Shown: positions 40,111 through 54,320 of the stretch, piece after piece
Layout: every line of letters starts with the position of its first letter
Position numbering within the stretch: the first letter of the stretch is position 1
Made by a program: the position numbers and the translations under genes
The notes under the pieces: model-generated
What the model was told of the DNA's origin: nothing
Databases searched by the model: none
The model's input: the letters and a program-made list of their open reading frames with translations, nothing else
Source of the DNA: the human T2T-CHM13v2.0 reference genome, Homo sapiens
Length of the DNA stretch: 64,000 nucleotides
Assembly: GCF_009914755.1 (NCBI RefSeq)
Contig: NC_060934.1
Direction: 5' to 3' (one strand)

Positions 40111-41039
40111 TTAAAGTAGAAAAAAGCTTATAGAGTAATAATATAAAGGAAATATTTTTCTATAGCTGTACAATATGTTTGTATTTAAAGCTATGTTATT
40201 ACAAAAATATCAAAGTTCTTAAAATAGAATTAAAACGTTTATAAAGTAAAAAGGTTACATAAGCTAAGATTAATTTATTATTGACGAAATAAAATAAAAA
40301 TAAGTTTTTATAAATTTAGTGTAGCCTAAGTGTATGGTGTTTAAACATCTACAGTAGTGTACCATAATGTCCTAGGCCTTCACATGCACTCTTCACTCAC
40401 TCACTGACACTCACTCAGAGCAACTTCCAGTCCTGCAAGCTCCAATCTTGGTCAGCGATCTATACATGTGTACCTTTTAAATATCTTTTATATGGTATTT
40501 TTACTGCACCTTTTCTATGTTTGAATATATTTATATGCACAAATACTTACCATTGTGCTATAATTGCCCACAGTATTCAGTACGGTAACATGCTGTACAG
40601 GTTTGTAGTGTAGGAGCACTAAGCACTAGTCTATCCCATATAGCCTAGGTGTGTAGTAGCACATCTAGGTTTGTGTAAGTTCACTCTGTGATGTTTGCAC
40701 AGTGACACATTTCTCAGAATGTATCTCCATGGTTAAGCAAATCATGACTATATATTCACTTTGGGAGTTCAAAGGAATTTAGCAGGGATAATTGAGTCTG
40801 TAGGAATCCCTTCAGTGACAGAAGTGGATGGGTTATCTAGTTCTTAAACTTGTGAGTTGCAGAGTTGAACTAGCAGGGTTGAGTCTTAGCTTTGTCAGTT
40901 ATTAGTCATTAGCCTTGGTTTTCCTCTTCTGAAATCGGTGATGATATCAGTACATACTTAGAAGATGAAATGAGTCTACACCTGTCAAGCCGGTACCAAA
41001 GAGCTTGGAAAAAAGTAAACACTTGAGGACAGGTCACTG

Positions 41040-41720
41040 TGTTCATCCCATTGTCACCTACTTCCAGCCTCTGCTTGAGAGATGGCTATCTCAGTTTTCC
41101 TGGATGCTCATTCCTTAGTTTGGTAGCCTGAAGTATTAGAAAGTTCTTCATTTATGGAGCTGCAATTTGTCTATTTCTACCTCAAAGTCATTGGTCCTTG
41201 TTTTGTCCTCTGATATGACACAAGAATCAGTAAAATCTCTTCTCTGTAAGATGGTTTCTCAAATATTGAAGGTGGTGCTATGGTGTGAATGTTTGTGTCC
41301 CCCCTAAAATTTATATGCTGAAGCCTAATACCCATTGTGCTTGTATTAAGAAGAGGGGCCTTTGGGAGGTGAGTAGGTCATGCATGGGCTTAATGCCCTT
41401 ATAAACGAGACCTAGGGGAGCTTCTTTACCCAGTTCTACCATGTAAGGACACAGTGAGAAGGCGCCATCCGTAAGAAACAGGCCCTCATATAACACAGAA
41501 TCTCCTAGCTCCTTAATCTTAGATTTCCCATCTTCCAGAACTGTGAGAAATAAATGTGTGTTATTTATAAACCACCAAGTTTATGGTATTTTTGTTATAG
41601 CAGCCTGACTAGACTAAGACAGGTGGCTATTATGTCCCCATGAAATCTCTTCTCTAGGTATAACTCTCTGTTTCCTGCCCTCATTCCTCAAATGCATGGT
41701 TTTGAGAGCCTTGGTCTTTG
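41040..41720 (-). mobile_element. L3/CR1 LINE fragment split by MLT1A
   Basis: 'ttagaaagttcttc...cattggtccttgttttgtcctctg...caaatattgaag' resuming as 'gctattatgtcccc...tcttctctagg'. Confidence 0.6.
41276..41621 (+). mobile_element. MLT1A-like solo LTR with 5-bp TSD
   Basis: TGCTATGGTGTGAATGTTTGTGTCCC...GACTAAGACA; GGTGG at 41271-41275 and 41622-41626. Confidence 0.9.
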
Positions 41721-42856
41721 GTTTGAGTGAAACATTGGTTGGAACAATACCCTGCCACTCATTCCTTTGGAATTTAAAACTTATTGGTCTATCTTCAGCT
41801 GCCGATAGAACACATCAGCACACCAGGTACCCCTTGATGACAAGAATCTCTCCGTACCAAAAAAGGACAAAGTGTCAATTTTAGAATACAATGTAATGGA
41901 CACACAGCCCATCTAATCCTCCGGGAATTCTAAATTCTACTTTTTCTATCATGTTTTACAGGTCATCAGAGAGCAACATGCCCAAATCACGTGAGCATAT
42001 GCTCTTACAGGATGTTTTTTCTGAGTTATGTTGAAAATCCATTTCTCATTCTTTTCATATGAAAGCAGTGCTATCAAATCGTGTTTGCTGTTTTTATAAA
42101 GTCATTTGTGCCAACTCTGTCTTCTTTTTGTCCCTACAGTTCCCCTGGGAATCTGTCTGTGACTACGGAGACCTCACACCATGAGAAGGGACTATACCCC
42201 CTTGGCCCATGCACCTGTTAGGCTCCCTCACCTGACCATTAGAGAGCACCTTGACAGAGAGCTGTTAGGGGCTGCCCATCCTCTGTGTGTCTGATGATCA
42301 AAGTAAAGAACTCTAGTTTGTCTTAGTTTTTAAACTCCTTAAAGTTTTTCTAAGGGTAGCTTCAGGCAGAGGGAAAGGAAATGTTTTCATAGATCTGCTG
42401 GGCATTTGGGGATTTTGAATTTCTTTGGAATTCAGAGACCTTAGCATTTTGTGGTATCCCATCCCCTTTGGGTATCTTTATGTTATGCGGGTTCCCATTT
42501 GCTTTCCTCTGTGTAGCTAATTAAGCACTTCATGCATTAGTTGCATAGAGGCTAATTACGACAGATGATGTTTTAGCTATGGCACCTGTATGTAGAGCTC
42601 CCTGTAGACAAGATGGCCTGTTTGTTTTTGCAGAGACCAAACAATCTTAATTTTGAGAATACCAAAATGAAATGGAAGACATTTTTGCACACACAGTGAG
42701 GAAATAGTGGAAGACGCTGGCAATCCACAGCCAAGTCCAGTAGCCAAAGGGTTTCCAGAAGGACTCTGACATTTCTTCCTAAGGAACCCATTGGCTGTGG
42801 TCCTTTAGGAATTCTAAATGCCTTAACTGAAATATTTGTTAATATTATAGAAAAGA

Positions 42857-43206
42857 AGTATTAGTCCATTTTCACGCTGTGATAAAGACATACCTGAGAC
42901 TGGGCAATTTACAAAATAAGGAGGTTTAATGGACTTACAGTTCCACATGGCTGGGGAGGCCTCACAATCATGGCAGAAGGCAAGGAGGAGAAAGTCACGT
43001 CTTACATAGATGGAGGCAGACAGAGAGCTTGTGTGGGAAACTTCCATTTTTAAAACCATCAGATCTCGTAAGACTTATTCACTATCACTATAACAGGATG
43101 GGAAACACCCACCCCCATAATATAATTACCTCCCACTGGGATGTGGGAATTGTGGGCGTTACAATTCAAGATGACATTTGGGTGGGGACACAGCCAAACC
43201 ATATCA
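42857..43206 (-). mobile_element. THE1 (THE1B-like) solo LTR
   Basis: 'gtattagtccattttcacgctgtgataaagacatacc...gggtggggacacagccaaaccatatca'. Confidence 0.92.
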
Positions 43207-44142
43207 GAAATCCACAATTATTTTGATAGAGAAAAACTCTTTGATGCAGTGCAAAGGGTAGCCTTGGTAGGTGCCCCCCATCCAGCTCAGTCCCAGCCCC
43301 TTGTGAGCCCCCACCCTGCTCACTCTCCCCCTCCTCGAAGACTCATTTGTCACCATTGTGTGGGTGTCATGTTCGGTGATGAAGTGCATTCTCGCTCTTT
43401 GCCTTGGCAGCTGTGTGCAGGAACAGGCATGGCCACAGAGGTGAGAGGGAGGCTGGGCTTCTCATTGCTCAAGGCTCATGAATCATGTCAGGCGGGTTGG
43501 TAACGTGAACCCATCTCACCCCTTGCCACAGACCTCCATGACATTCCTTCCAACTTAATTTCAGCCTAAGGGATGCTTTTAAGAAGATTTTAGAGCACGA
43601 AAAGATCTCTTCAAAAGAATTGTAGTTGCATTAAAAAGTAATTATCAGAGCTTAGGGGTATAGATCTGCTGCCATATTTTACGTAGAGAGTAATTCATCT
43701 CCCAGACCCTGAAACATCATTACATAATAGGTTAAGGACACCAACCCAGGTGATACTGGGAAAAAGGTAGTAAAATCACCAAACCCCTGGAAATGATGAG
43801 CAATATGATTATGACAAAATAGCTCTGCCCTCCCGCTACAGCAGTTTCCAATATAACACAATTTAAAAATAGCACATCCTCAATGAACCCATGCATAAAA
43901 GTGTGGGCAAATGCAGTTTATCTGGGACCCCCAGGCTAAATGTGATATTTATCTTTGAAAGACTTGGCCTTTTTGGCATAAAGAACCAGATATTATAATG
44001 AGAAAAAAGATGACATGTTTCCAAGTGTCCATGTCATATACAGCACTGTGCCAAGTATTCACATGTGTTATTTGAGTCTTACAGTAAACTAATAAAGGTG
44101 ACTATTGCTATTTATTCCTATTCTACAGTTGAGGAGTCTGTG

Positions 44143-44550
44143 AGAATCAGAATGTTTTTGGTTGTAGATAACAGGAAACAACTCCAATTGGCTTAAACAA
44201 GAATGTATTGTTTCAAGTAACTCAAAGATCCAAAGTGAATGGTAGGCTTGAGTCAGAAAGTCAACAGTGATATCACAGACCCAGTTTCTTTTTGTGTCTC
44301 TGCTTTCTAGAAGTGCCACTTCATCCTTTCATGGTTCCAAGATGGCTGCCAGAAGCGCCCAGGACACCATGCTTCCTTGCTTACATCCAGTGAGATGTTT
44401 TTGTCCCAACATTTCTTTGAGTCCTTGTGATTGGATTAGCTTAGGTCACATGGTTATGGTGGAATCAGTGACATGGTCTGGGTGATGGAATGAGTTGATT
44501 GACTTAATTTAGATCACTTGTGCTACCCCTGGAGCTGATCGTTAGAGTCA
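44143..44550 (-). mobile_element. Old MLT1 (J/K/L-like) LTR
   Basis: 'ttggttgtagataacaggaaacaactccaattggcttaaac...caagatggctgcc...gattggattagcttaggtcacatg'. Confidence 0.65.
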
Positions 44551-44555
44551 TTATT

Positions 44556-44898
44556 TGATATGGTTTGACTCTGTGTTCCCACCTAAATCTCATCTCAAAT
44601 TGCAAACCCCACGTGTTGAGGGAGAGACCTGATGGTTGGTGATTGGATCATGTTGATGGTTTCCCCCATGCTGTTCTCAAAAGATCTGGTGGTCTTAAAA
44701 GTGTGGCACGTCCCGTCTCTCGCTCTTTCCTGCTGCAATGTAAGACACGCCTTGCTTCCCCTTTGCCTTCCTCCATGATTGTAAGTTTCCTGAGGCCTCC
44801 CCAGCCATGTGGAACTGTGAGTCAATTACATCTCCTTTCTTTATAAATTACCAAGTCTTGGGTAGTTTATTTAAGCAGTGTGAGAATGTACTAATACA
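44556..44898 (+). mobile_element. MSTA-like MaLR solo LTR
   Basis: TGATATGGTTTGACTCTGTGTTCCCACC...GTGAGAATGTACTAATACA. Confidence 0.88.
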
Positions 44899-45507
44899 GT
44901 GTTCTTCAATCCTTGAGGATCCCAAATGGAAGCCCAGGGAATGGTAGCTGGGGACAACCCCAGATGTTCACTGGGGACAGGGACATTAAGTAACTGGTCC
45001 ATGATTCACACAGGTAATTAGTGACAGAGCCTGAATTTGAACCCAGATAGTCTTACTCAAGAGCCCTTTCTCTGACCTGTGGTCCTTCTAGATTCTCCGA
45101 CTCTTAAAGTTTTGTAATAAATATCTTACACGTATATCTTATGGTTTCTTCACTAAGAATGTCACTCTGTACCTAAGTGATACTAACTTTTGGCAAACAA
45201 TAATTCCAGAAAACCATAGAATGTATCATTTTATGGTGTGAAGTGGTAGTAAGGGCACTGGATTAAGAACTAAGACTTGGTCCCCTGTTAACCTTGGACA
45301 TGTTTCTTACCTCCCAGAGCCTCTGTTTTCCTCATTGGCAAATGAAGGGTGATGACTCCCCTTACATACCTGGCTGTGTGGTTCTAGGGGTCAAGCAAGA
45401 CAGTTTGAAGAGCCTGAAAAGCACTAAACGTTTATGAGCACATAAATTATTATCACTATACATAGGATTGTGATCTATTTTGTTCCAAATATGAGAACAT
45501 AACACTT

Positions 45508-46012
45508 TTTTTGAATTTGTTAAATTTGTTAAATTTTCTTCATTTTTTTCTCTCTCTCTCTAGACTCTCTCTCTCTATGTATATATGTATATATACTGTC
45601 TCTCTCTGTCTATATATATATACTTGTACTGCTGAACTTAAACATATACATATACATACATACATATATATGTGTGTGTGTGTGTGTTTAAATTTAAGTT
45701 CAGGGGTACAAGTGCAGGTTAGTTACATAGGTAAACTTGTGTCATGGGGGTTTGTTGTACAGATTATTTCATTACCCAGGTATTAAGTCTAGTACCCATT
45801 AGTTATTTTTTCGAATCATCTCCTTCCTCCCACCCTCCACCCTTGGATAGGCCCAGTGTCTGTTGTTCCCCTCTATGTGTCCATGTGTTCTCATTATTTA
45901 GCTCCCACTTATAAGTGAGAACATACGGTATTTGGTTTTCTGTTCCTGTGTTAGTTTGTTAAGATTGATGGCCTCCAGCTCTATCCATGTCCCTGCAAAG
46001 GATATGATATTG
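45508..46012 (-). mobile_element. 5'-truncated old L1PA whose tail carries (CT)n/(TA)n/(TG)n microsatellites
   Basis: L1 3' UTR at 45690-46010; degenerate TSD GAGAACATAACACTT (45493-45507) / GAGAACCTGACACTT (46013-46027). Confidence 0.85.
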
Positions 46013-46131
46013 GAGAACCTGACACTTAAAGGGCCTCTTTTAAGCCTCATGCACATACTTTAATTCAATAAAGGTTTTCATTGATAATAGCCTGTCACTA
46101 TCACCCAAACAGAAAATTAGTGGATCTTCAG

Positions 46132-46361
46132 CTCCCTTCCCTTCCCTTCCCTTCCCTTCCCTTCCCTTCCCTTCCCTTCCCTTCCCTCCCCTCCCCTCCC
46201 CTCCTTTCTCTCCCTCCCTTTCTTTTCTTTTCTTTCTTTCTTTCCTTTCCTTCTTTCTTTCTTTCTTTCTTTCCTTCCTTCCTTCCTTCCTTCCTTCTTT
46301 CTTTTTCTTTCTTTCTTTCTTTCTCTTTTTTTCTTTCTTTTCTTCTCCTTCCCTCCCTCCC
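46132..46361. repeat. 230-bp pure polypyrimidine compound repeat: (CCCTT)10, (CCCTC)3, (CTTT)n, (CCTT)n
   Basis: No purine on the + strand from 46132 to 46361; followed by ~40 bp of an antisense Alu 5' end (to 46399). Confidence 0.95.
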
Positions 46362-46552
46362 AAAGTGCTAGGATTCCAGGTGTGAGCCCCACACTGGCCC
46401 TTCAGGTATGTTTCATAAAACCCATGCCAAGGTGGCAAGATGTGCATTCATAAGAGGCTCTTAGTTGCCTCTTGTTGAGGTGTGATGATTATGTACATAA
46501 ATGTTATTCTACTTTTAATTAAACTATTGCCTCATTAAAATAGGAGGTAGAT

Positions 46553-46937
<385 letters not shown>

Positions 46938-47789
46938 TTAGAGATGAGATCTCTGACCTCCCATACTCCCCACTAATCTGCCTTCTCTGAGGTGTCAGAA
47001 TGAGTGGAGACAGGGAAATGAAGCCCATAATTTCAACAAAATGAAGGAGACATCTAAAGATTTGATATTCATTCTCAATAAATGGTTTCAAGGATAACTT
47101 GTGAGCTTTTAGTAGTCATGTGACCACCAGGCACAGACATGTGCACAGGCTACTGCATTTGTTGTTGTTTTTGATAGGGTGGCTACAGAGGTGAATCAGG
47201 CAGTGAGGTTAATTGTATCCTTCTTTCCTTGCTTGCTTTTTAAATTTTTTCGACAATTATTTATTGAGTGCCTACTACTGCCAGGCACTGTACTAGGTGC
47301 CAGAGATATGGCAGTAAACAAAACAGGTAACACCCTATGTCCTTTGGGAGGCTGCAGTCAAACGAAGGACTTTAGTATTGCATACCTCACTTACCTCACT
47401 TCAGTAAGGTGTTAGACCAGGCCTCCCTTGGAATCCCTGGAACAAGATGGAGACACCACAAGTTGATTTATGATCATATTGGAGGAGAGATGATTCATGG
47501 ACTGGGTGGGTGAGGCCTCTGGAGGTGTGCCAAGGGCTCTGACCCATTTCATCTAGGGTATTGGATAAGAGCAATGTGCCCCAGCCATACCTAGCTTCAC
47601 GCAGCTCCTTGAGGATACAAAGCTCCTCTCATCTCAGAGTTTTGCACACATTCTTTCCGCTGCCCGTACCATGACTTGCATCCCACTCATCTATGTGCCT
47701 TCCACTTGCCCAACTCCTGATTGTCCTTCAAATGTCAGGTTACATGTTACTTTCTCTGGCAAACTTCCCCTGAGCCCTCAGGTCTGTGT

Positions 47790-49850
<2,061 letters not shown>

Positions 49851-50256
49851 CTCCCTTGTTTCTGAACCATTGTTCTCTGCTGGTTTTCTTCCTAGCTCTT
49901 TGGTCGTCCATCTCAGCCTCCTTCTCTCAGGAAGAGTGTCCATTGTCAATTGGTGTTTGTTGGTGGTCTCCTAAACATTAATTATCCTTTCTCCTCTCAT
50001 CAGCTTTAATTTCCTGGAAGGATTCTTGTGGTTCAGGAGAAGCTGATACCACCCCATGTTCTGAGGGTGAAGCCTGGGGCCTGGGTTTGGCCAATCAGCA
50101 CATTTCATGACCCTGGCCAGGGTAGCTGCTTCATAGGTGGGCATCCATTGAGCCAGTTCAAATGAAAGGAAGCACTGGACTTGTGCTGGGCCAGAGATTC
50201 TCCTTTTTTTGAGGAAGGGTGTAGCTCTGGGATCCATGTTTAAGATGAAGACTACA

Positions 50257-50384
50257 TGGGCAGGGTGGTGTGTGCTTGTAATCCCAGACACTTGAGAGGC
50301 TGAGGTGGGAGGATTGCTTGAGGCCACTTGTTTGAGACCAGCCTGGGCAACATAGTGAGACTTCGTCTCAAAGTAAAAGAGAAA
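50257..50384 (+). mobile_element. FLAM (free left Alu monomer) with perfect 15-bp TSD, inside an old MLT1-like LTR
   Basis: AAGATGAAGACTACA at 50242-50256 and 50385-50399; single monomer with short A tail. Confidence 0.85.
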
Positions 50385-50599
50385 AAGATGAAGACTACAC
50401 TCAGGAAAGCTAAGCAGAGAAATGGAAAGAAAATGGGTTCCTGCAGATGTGGCTACATCCTTGATCAATTCTTGGCCCAGTAAGAGATTATCTCCAGATC
50501 TCCAGACTTTCCAATTTCATAAATTTATTTTATTGTTTGGTAACAAGTAACTGTTGTGTTACTTGCAATCAAAAGCATCCTTACTGACCTACGTTTTCT

Positions 50600-51490
50600 T
50601 CCCATCCCTTGGGGGTTGCTGCTCTGCAGAGGGTTATCTTTGGCTCTTTTCTTCTCACTTCCATACTTGCCCTGGGCACTTTGGTTTTCTTCTATGACTT
50701 AACTTTCCTTTGTTTTCTCCAGCTCACGCATCTCTCTTGCATTCTCTATCTGTAGAACTGGATGCTTGCTGGACATTTCCACTTGGATGTCTGGGTAGCA
50801 CCAAAATCCTGATATGTCCCAAGATGAGCAGAACTCATCTTCACCTTGTAAGCTGCTTTTCCTCTTGTCTTCTCTCTTTTGTTTGTTGATTAGCATTGCC
50901 ATCATCCTGGTTTCTCTAGCTAAAGCCCGGGCAAGTTCTTGTCCTCTCCTTCTCTCTCACTTCTCCCCCTGCCCATGAACTTATTCACTCATTCTGGTTA
51001 ATACTTTCCCCCTAGTTAACTCTCAAAAGGATCTGCCATTATCCATGGTCACTGCTATTGCTCTAGTCATAGCACCACCATACCAATATGAACCCTCTCA
51101 ATACCCCTATCTCTAATCTTGCCCATCCACTCAAGAGCCAGAGGGATCCTTCCAAAGTAAGGTCCTTCCTTTGCTTAAAATCTTTAGTGACTCTTTATCA
51201 TCCAGAGAATCAGCAACACTTCTCATAATGTGGCCCAGACCCAGCTCAGGGTTTCTTTCCCACTTTTCCTCCCATATCCTGGCTTTATTTACAATTCACG
51301 GTGTTATAAGCCATCCCTGCTCTCCACGACATTTGCACGTGGTTCTTTGCATGTGCTGTGTCCTTTTTCTGAAATGTCCTCCCTCACCTCCTTTCCTTTT
51401 ATCTTCTTGGCTATCTTCTGTTTGACCTTCAGGACTCAGCTTAGGGGGCTACTTTCTTCTGGAGGCATCTACAGATCCCTGCCCCAAACT
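50600..51490 (+). mobile_element. L2 LINE fragment
   Basis: 'ctggacatttccacttggatgtct...aactcatctt...agccagagggatccttccaaa...ttcaggactcagctt'. Confidence 0.75.
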
Positions 51491-51495
51491 CATAC

Positions 51496-51711
51496 CAGCT
51501 GATATCAGCTCAGACTGGTTTATAATGGTATGTGAGAGCCAATACTGGGCATCTCTTTCCAGCTCCAAGTTCAGTGATTTCACCTTGATAGCTTAAAATC
51601 AGAACGGTGGAAGTATTTACACCACCGAAATCTGCAAATGCTACAAATCAGGGTGTTTTTGTTTGTTGATTTGGTTTTTCCCAGAGAGGCAGTTTACCAG
51701 CACACCAGTGG
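51496..51711. mobile_element. MER63A-like hAT-Blackjack MITE
   Basis: 'ggtggaagtatttacaccaccgaaatctgcaaatgctacaaatcaggg...tttaccagcacaccagtgg'. Confidence 0.75.
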
Positions 51712-52457
51712 GCATAATTGCCCGTTGATTTTCCCACTTCCTTCTTTAACTGGTAAGACCCTTCGGGGGCAGCCTCAGCAGCCCATCCACCCTCTGCCCC
51801 CAGTCTCTGCACAGTGCTTGATCTACAATATGATGCAGGAGTTCAGGATGATGTGGGCATGCCACCCTCCTCTTTCCTTACTAGTTTGCCACACAGAAAC
51901 TAAAAGCTGGCATTTTCTTCCTCCAGATTCTGAAGACCTGGAAGTTATTTCTGAGAAAATATTATATTCTAACAGTCTGGAGTCTTTGGGTGTTCCCTGT
52001 GGTGGAATTTTATCTGTTGGTGCACTCCATTCCAATTGCCATCAACATGGTCCAATTTTCCAAAGGAGATATATTTCCATTCATTTTAATTTAGAGTAAA
52101 CACTTTACCATCCTCAGGGATGTGCAGCTTGAGCAGAAACAAAGGGAGTTAACAGAAAGGATATTAATTAAACATCTACCCAGGATTGATGTTTTCTCAA
52201 GAGGCAGCATAATCTTATGGTTAGAACATAACCTTGGAAAATCGGTTTGTTTCTTTTTTTATGGCCAGGCCCCACCACTGACTTGAGTGATCATCTGAGT
52301 GGTGTGGACTCTCTTGCTTCTCAGAAATAACATCCGTCCTCCTGTGACTCCAATGACACTTTAAGGGGCAAACTTACCACCTAAAACGTGCTTAAATAAT
52401 AAATTCAGCTTATTTGCTAAAATAATTTGAAATCTTGATTTAAAGACTCTCAAGACT

Positions 52458-52705
52458 CCCTTGGGAGGCTGAGATGGGTGGATCACCTGAGGTCAGGAGT
52501 TCGAGACCAGCCTGCCCAACATGGCGAAACCCTGTCTCTACTAAATATACAAAAAATTAGCTGGGCATGGTGGCAGGCACTTGCAATCCCAGTTACTTGG
52601 GAGGCTGAGGCAGGAGAATCGCTTGAACCCTTGAGGCGGAGATTGCAGTGAGCTGAGATCCCAGCCTGGAAGAGAAGAGCAAAACTCCATTAAAAAAAAA
52701 AAAAG
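52458..52705 (+). mobile_element. 5'-truncated AluS with 13-bp TSD
   Basis: GACTCTCAAGACT at 52445-52457 and 52706-52718. Confidence 0.92.
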
Positions 52706-53409
52706 GACTCTCAAGACTATAAATTGGATAGTTACCTATTTATCGAGCACATACTATGTGCCACATAGTACTAGGGGCAGCAGATTTAATTTAATAAGAC
52801 ATAATCTTTTCTCAAGGGAACTTGTGGTCTGGTCCGAGAGGCAACACACATAAGCATCTGCTATTTAAGAGAGTGGCAAGTGCTTATAAAGGAGCTCCCT
52901 GTAAATGAAGTTCAGGGAGGCTGTGGATGTTAATTCACTCAGCACATATTTGTTGAATGCCCCTCATGTACCAGGCTCAATGCTGGGCTCCAGGGATCTG
53001 GTGCTGGACTCACAGCTGAGAGAAGAGGCAGGGAAGTAAATAATTACAGAACAGACTGATCAATACTATAATAGAGGTACAGATTCAGTGCTCTGAGAAG
53101 TAACTATAGTAAGGTTCCTGGAAATCAAGGAAGGCCTCTCAAGGGAGGTGACCTTAGACTTCTGGTGTGAATAGATGTCTAGGAAAGGTGCTACCATAAA
53201 AACAACCACAGGAAAGAGAGAGGAGAGAAGAAAGAACCTTCTAAGTGAGTGAGCAGCAGTCCCAGAGTATGGAGGGAAGACTACATGTGTAATGTGGGAA
53301 CTGTGCTGGCCTCGGGCGCAGGGGCTAAGCTGCCTAGAAGATGTTCTGATGGGCTCCTTTCCCCAGGATGCCTAGGAGGTACAGCCTTGGAAGCCCCCAT
53401 GTTTCTGCG

Positions 53410-53410
<1 letters not shown>

Positions 53411-53448
<38 letters not shown>
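53411..53448. repeat. (CAT)12 trinucleotide microsatellite
   Basis: Perfect run of 12 CAT units. Confidence 0.95.
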
Positions 53449-53450
<2 letters not shown>

Positions 53451-54089
53451 GGCCAGAGAGAGGATCTCCAGGGGGATTTTGTGAATCCAAGTTCCACTGA
53501 TCTCAACTGGAATAACTTTTGCTCTTGGTCCTTTGGATGGGCCACCTGGGATTTGTCTGGCTGTGTGTATCACCTGTGATTTTACACATCCATCAGTTAA
53601 ATCAAAGATGCAGACACAAAGTCGAGAGCCAGGGCATGTTGGGTGGATTCATGACACTCTCTGGGGGACTCTGGGTACTTAAATGAATGAATGGATTTTG
53701 TTCAAGACATAAATATAATCTTTTCATCAGTGACAGCTATGCCTAGAATCTCTCACCAATGTGGGCTGGCTGGCTATTGAGCTGAATTGTTTTTGGAGAA
53801 ACTTGCTGAGATATCGGAGGGTACCAGGGCAGCTTTGGGGCCTGGGAGGCTGGCTTGCTCACATGAACCCAAGGCTGGTGCTCTGGGCAGTAGATGGACA
53901 GGGCAGTGGGGAAAACTGACTCCATTTTAAGCCAAAGGTGAGCATAGCCTGAGCCTGTTTAATCAACAAATATTTATTCAGAACCTACTACATGCCAAGT
54001 TCTGATCCAGGTTCTGATGATACAAAGGTCGCTAAGACATGACCCAGCCCCCAAGGCACTTGCTATCTAAATGGCTACAATAATATGTA

Positions 54090-54320
54090 ATATTGGAGGT
54101 CCTGGACTCTGAAACCATGCTCTTCCAAGTTCAAATCCTGGCCCTGTCATTTACTGTGTGATCTTAGGCAAATTACTGAACCTTTCTGTGTTCCAGTTTC
54201 TTCAGCTGCAAAGCAGGGACAATGATGGTAGGTTTGCTATGAGGATTAAATGAACTAATGTGTATGAACAGTTTGGCACAGGGCCTGTTTCATAGCTAGT
54301 GCTCACTAAGGGTCTAACGT
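54090..54320 (+). mobile_element. MIR SINE
   Basis: 'gttcaaatcctggccctgtcatttactgtgtgatcttaggcaaattactgaacctttctgtg...gaggattaaatga'. Confidence 0.8.

Larger units (their letters stand above)
36832..40750. mobile_element. Tigger3 (Tigger3b/Golem-like) DNA transposon split by two AluJ and a THE1 provirus
   Basis: TA-CAGTCATGC start, CATGACT(A)-TA end; internal 'gtgggacaagatgtggaggtggaagacagtgatattgatgatcctgaccctgtg'. Confidence 0.85.

Noticed and set aside
46040-46447. Lys/Glu/Arg/Gly-rich ORFs
   Set aside because: Stop-free translation of the polypurine/polypyrimidine tract.
53249-53573. Poly-His / poly-Asp ORFs
   Set aside because: These are translations of the (CAT)12 microsatellite, with no other coding signal.
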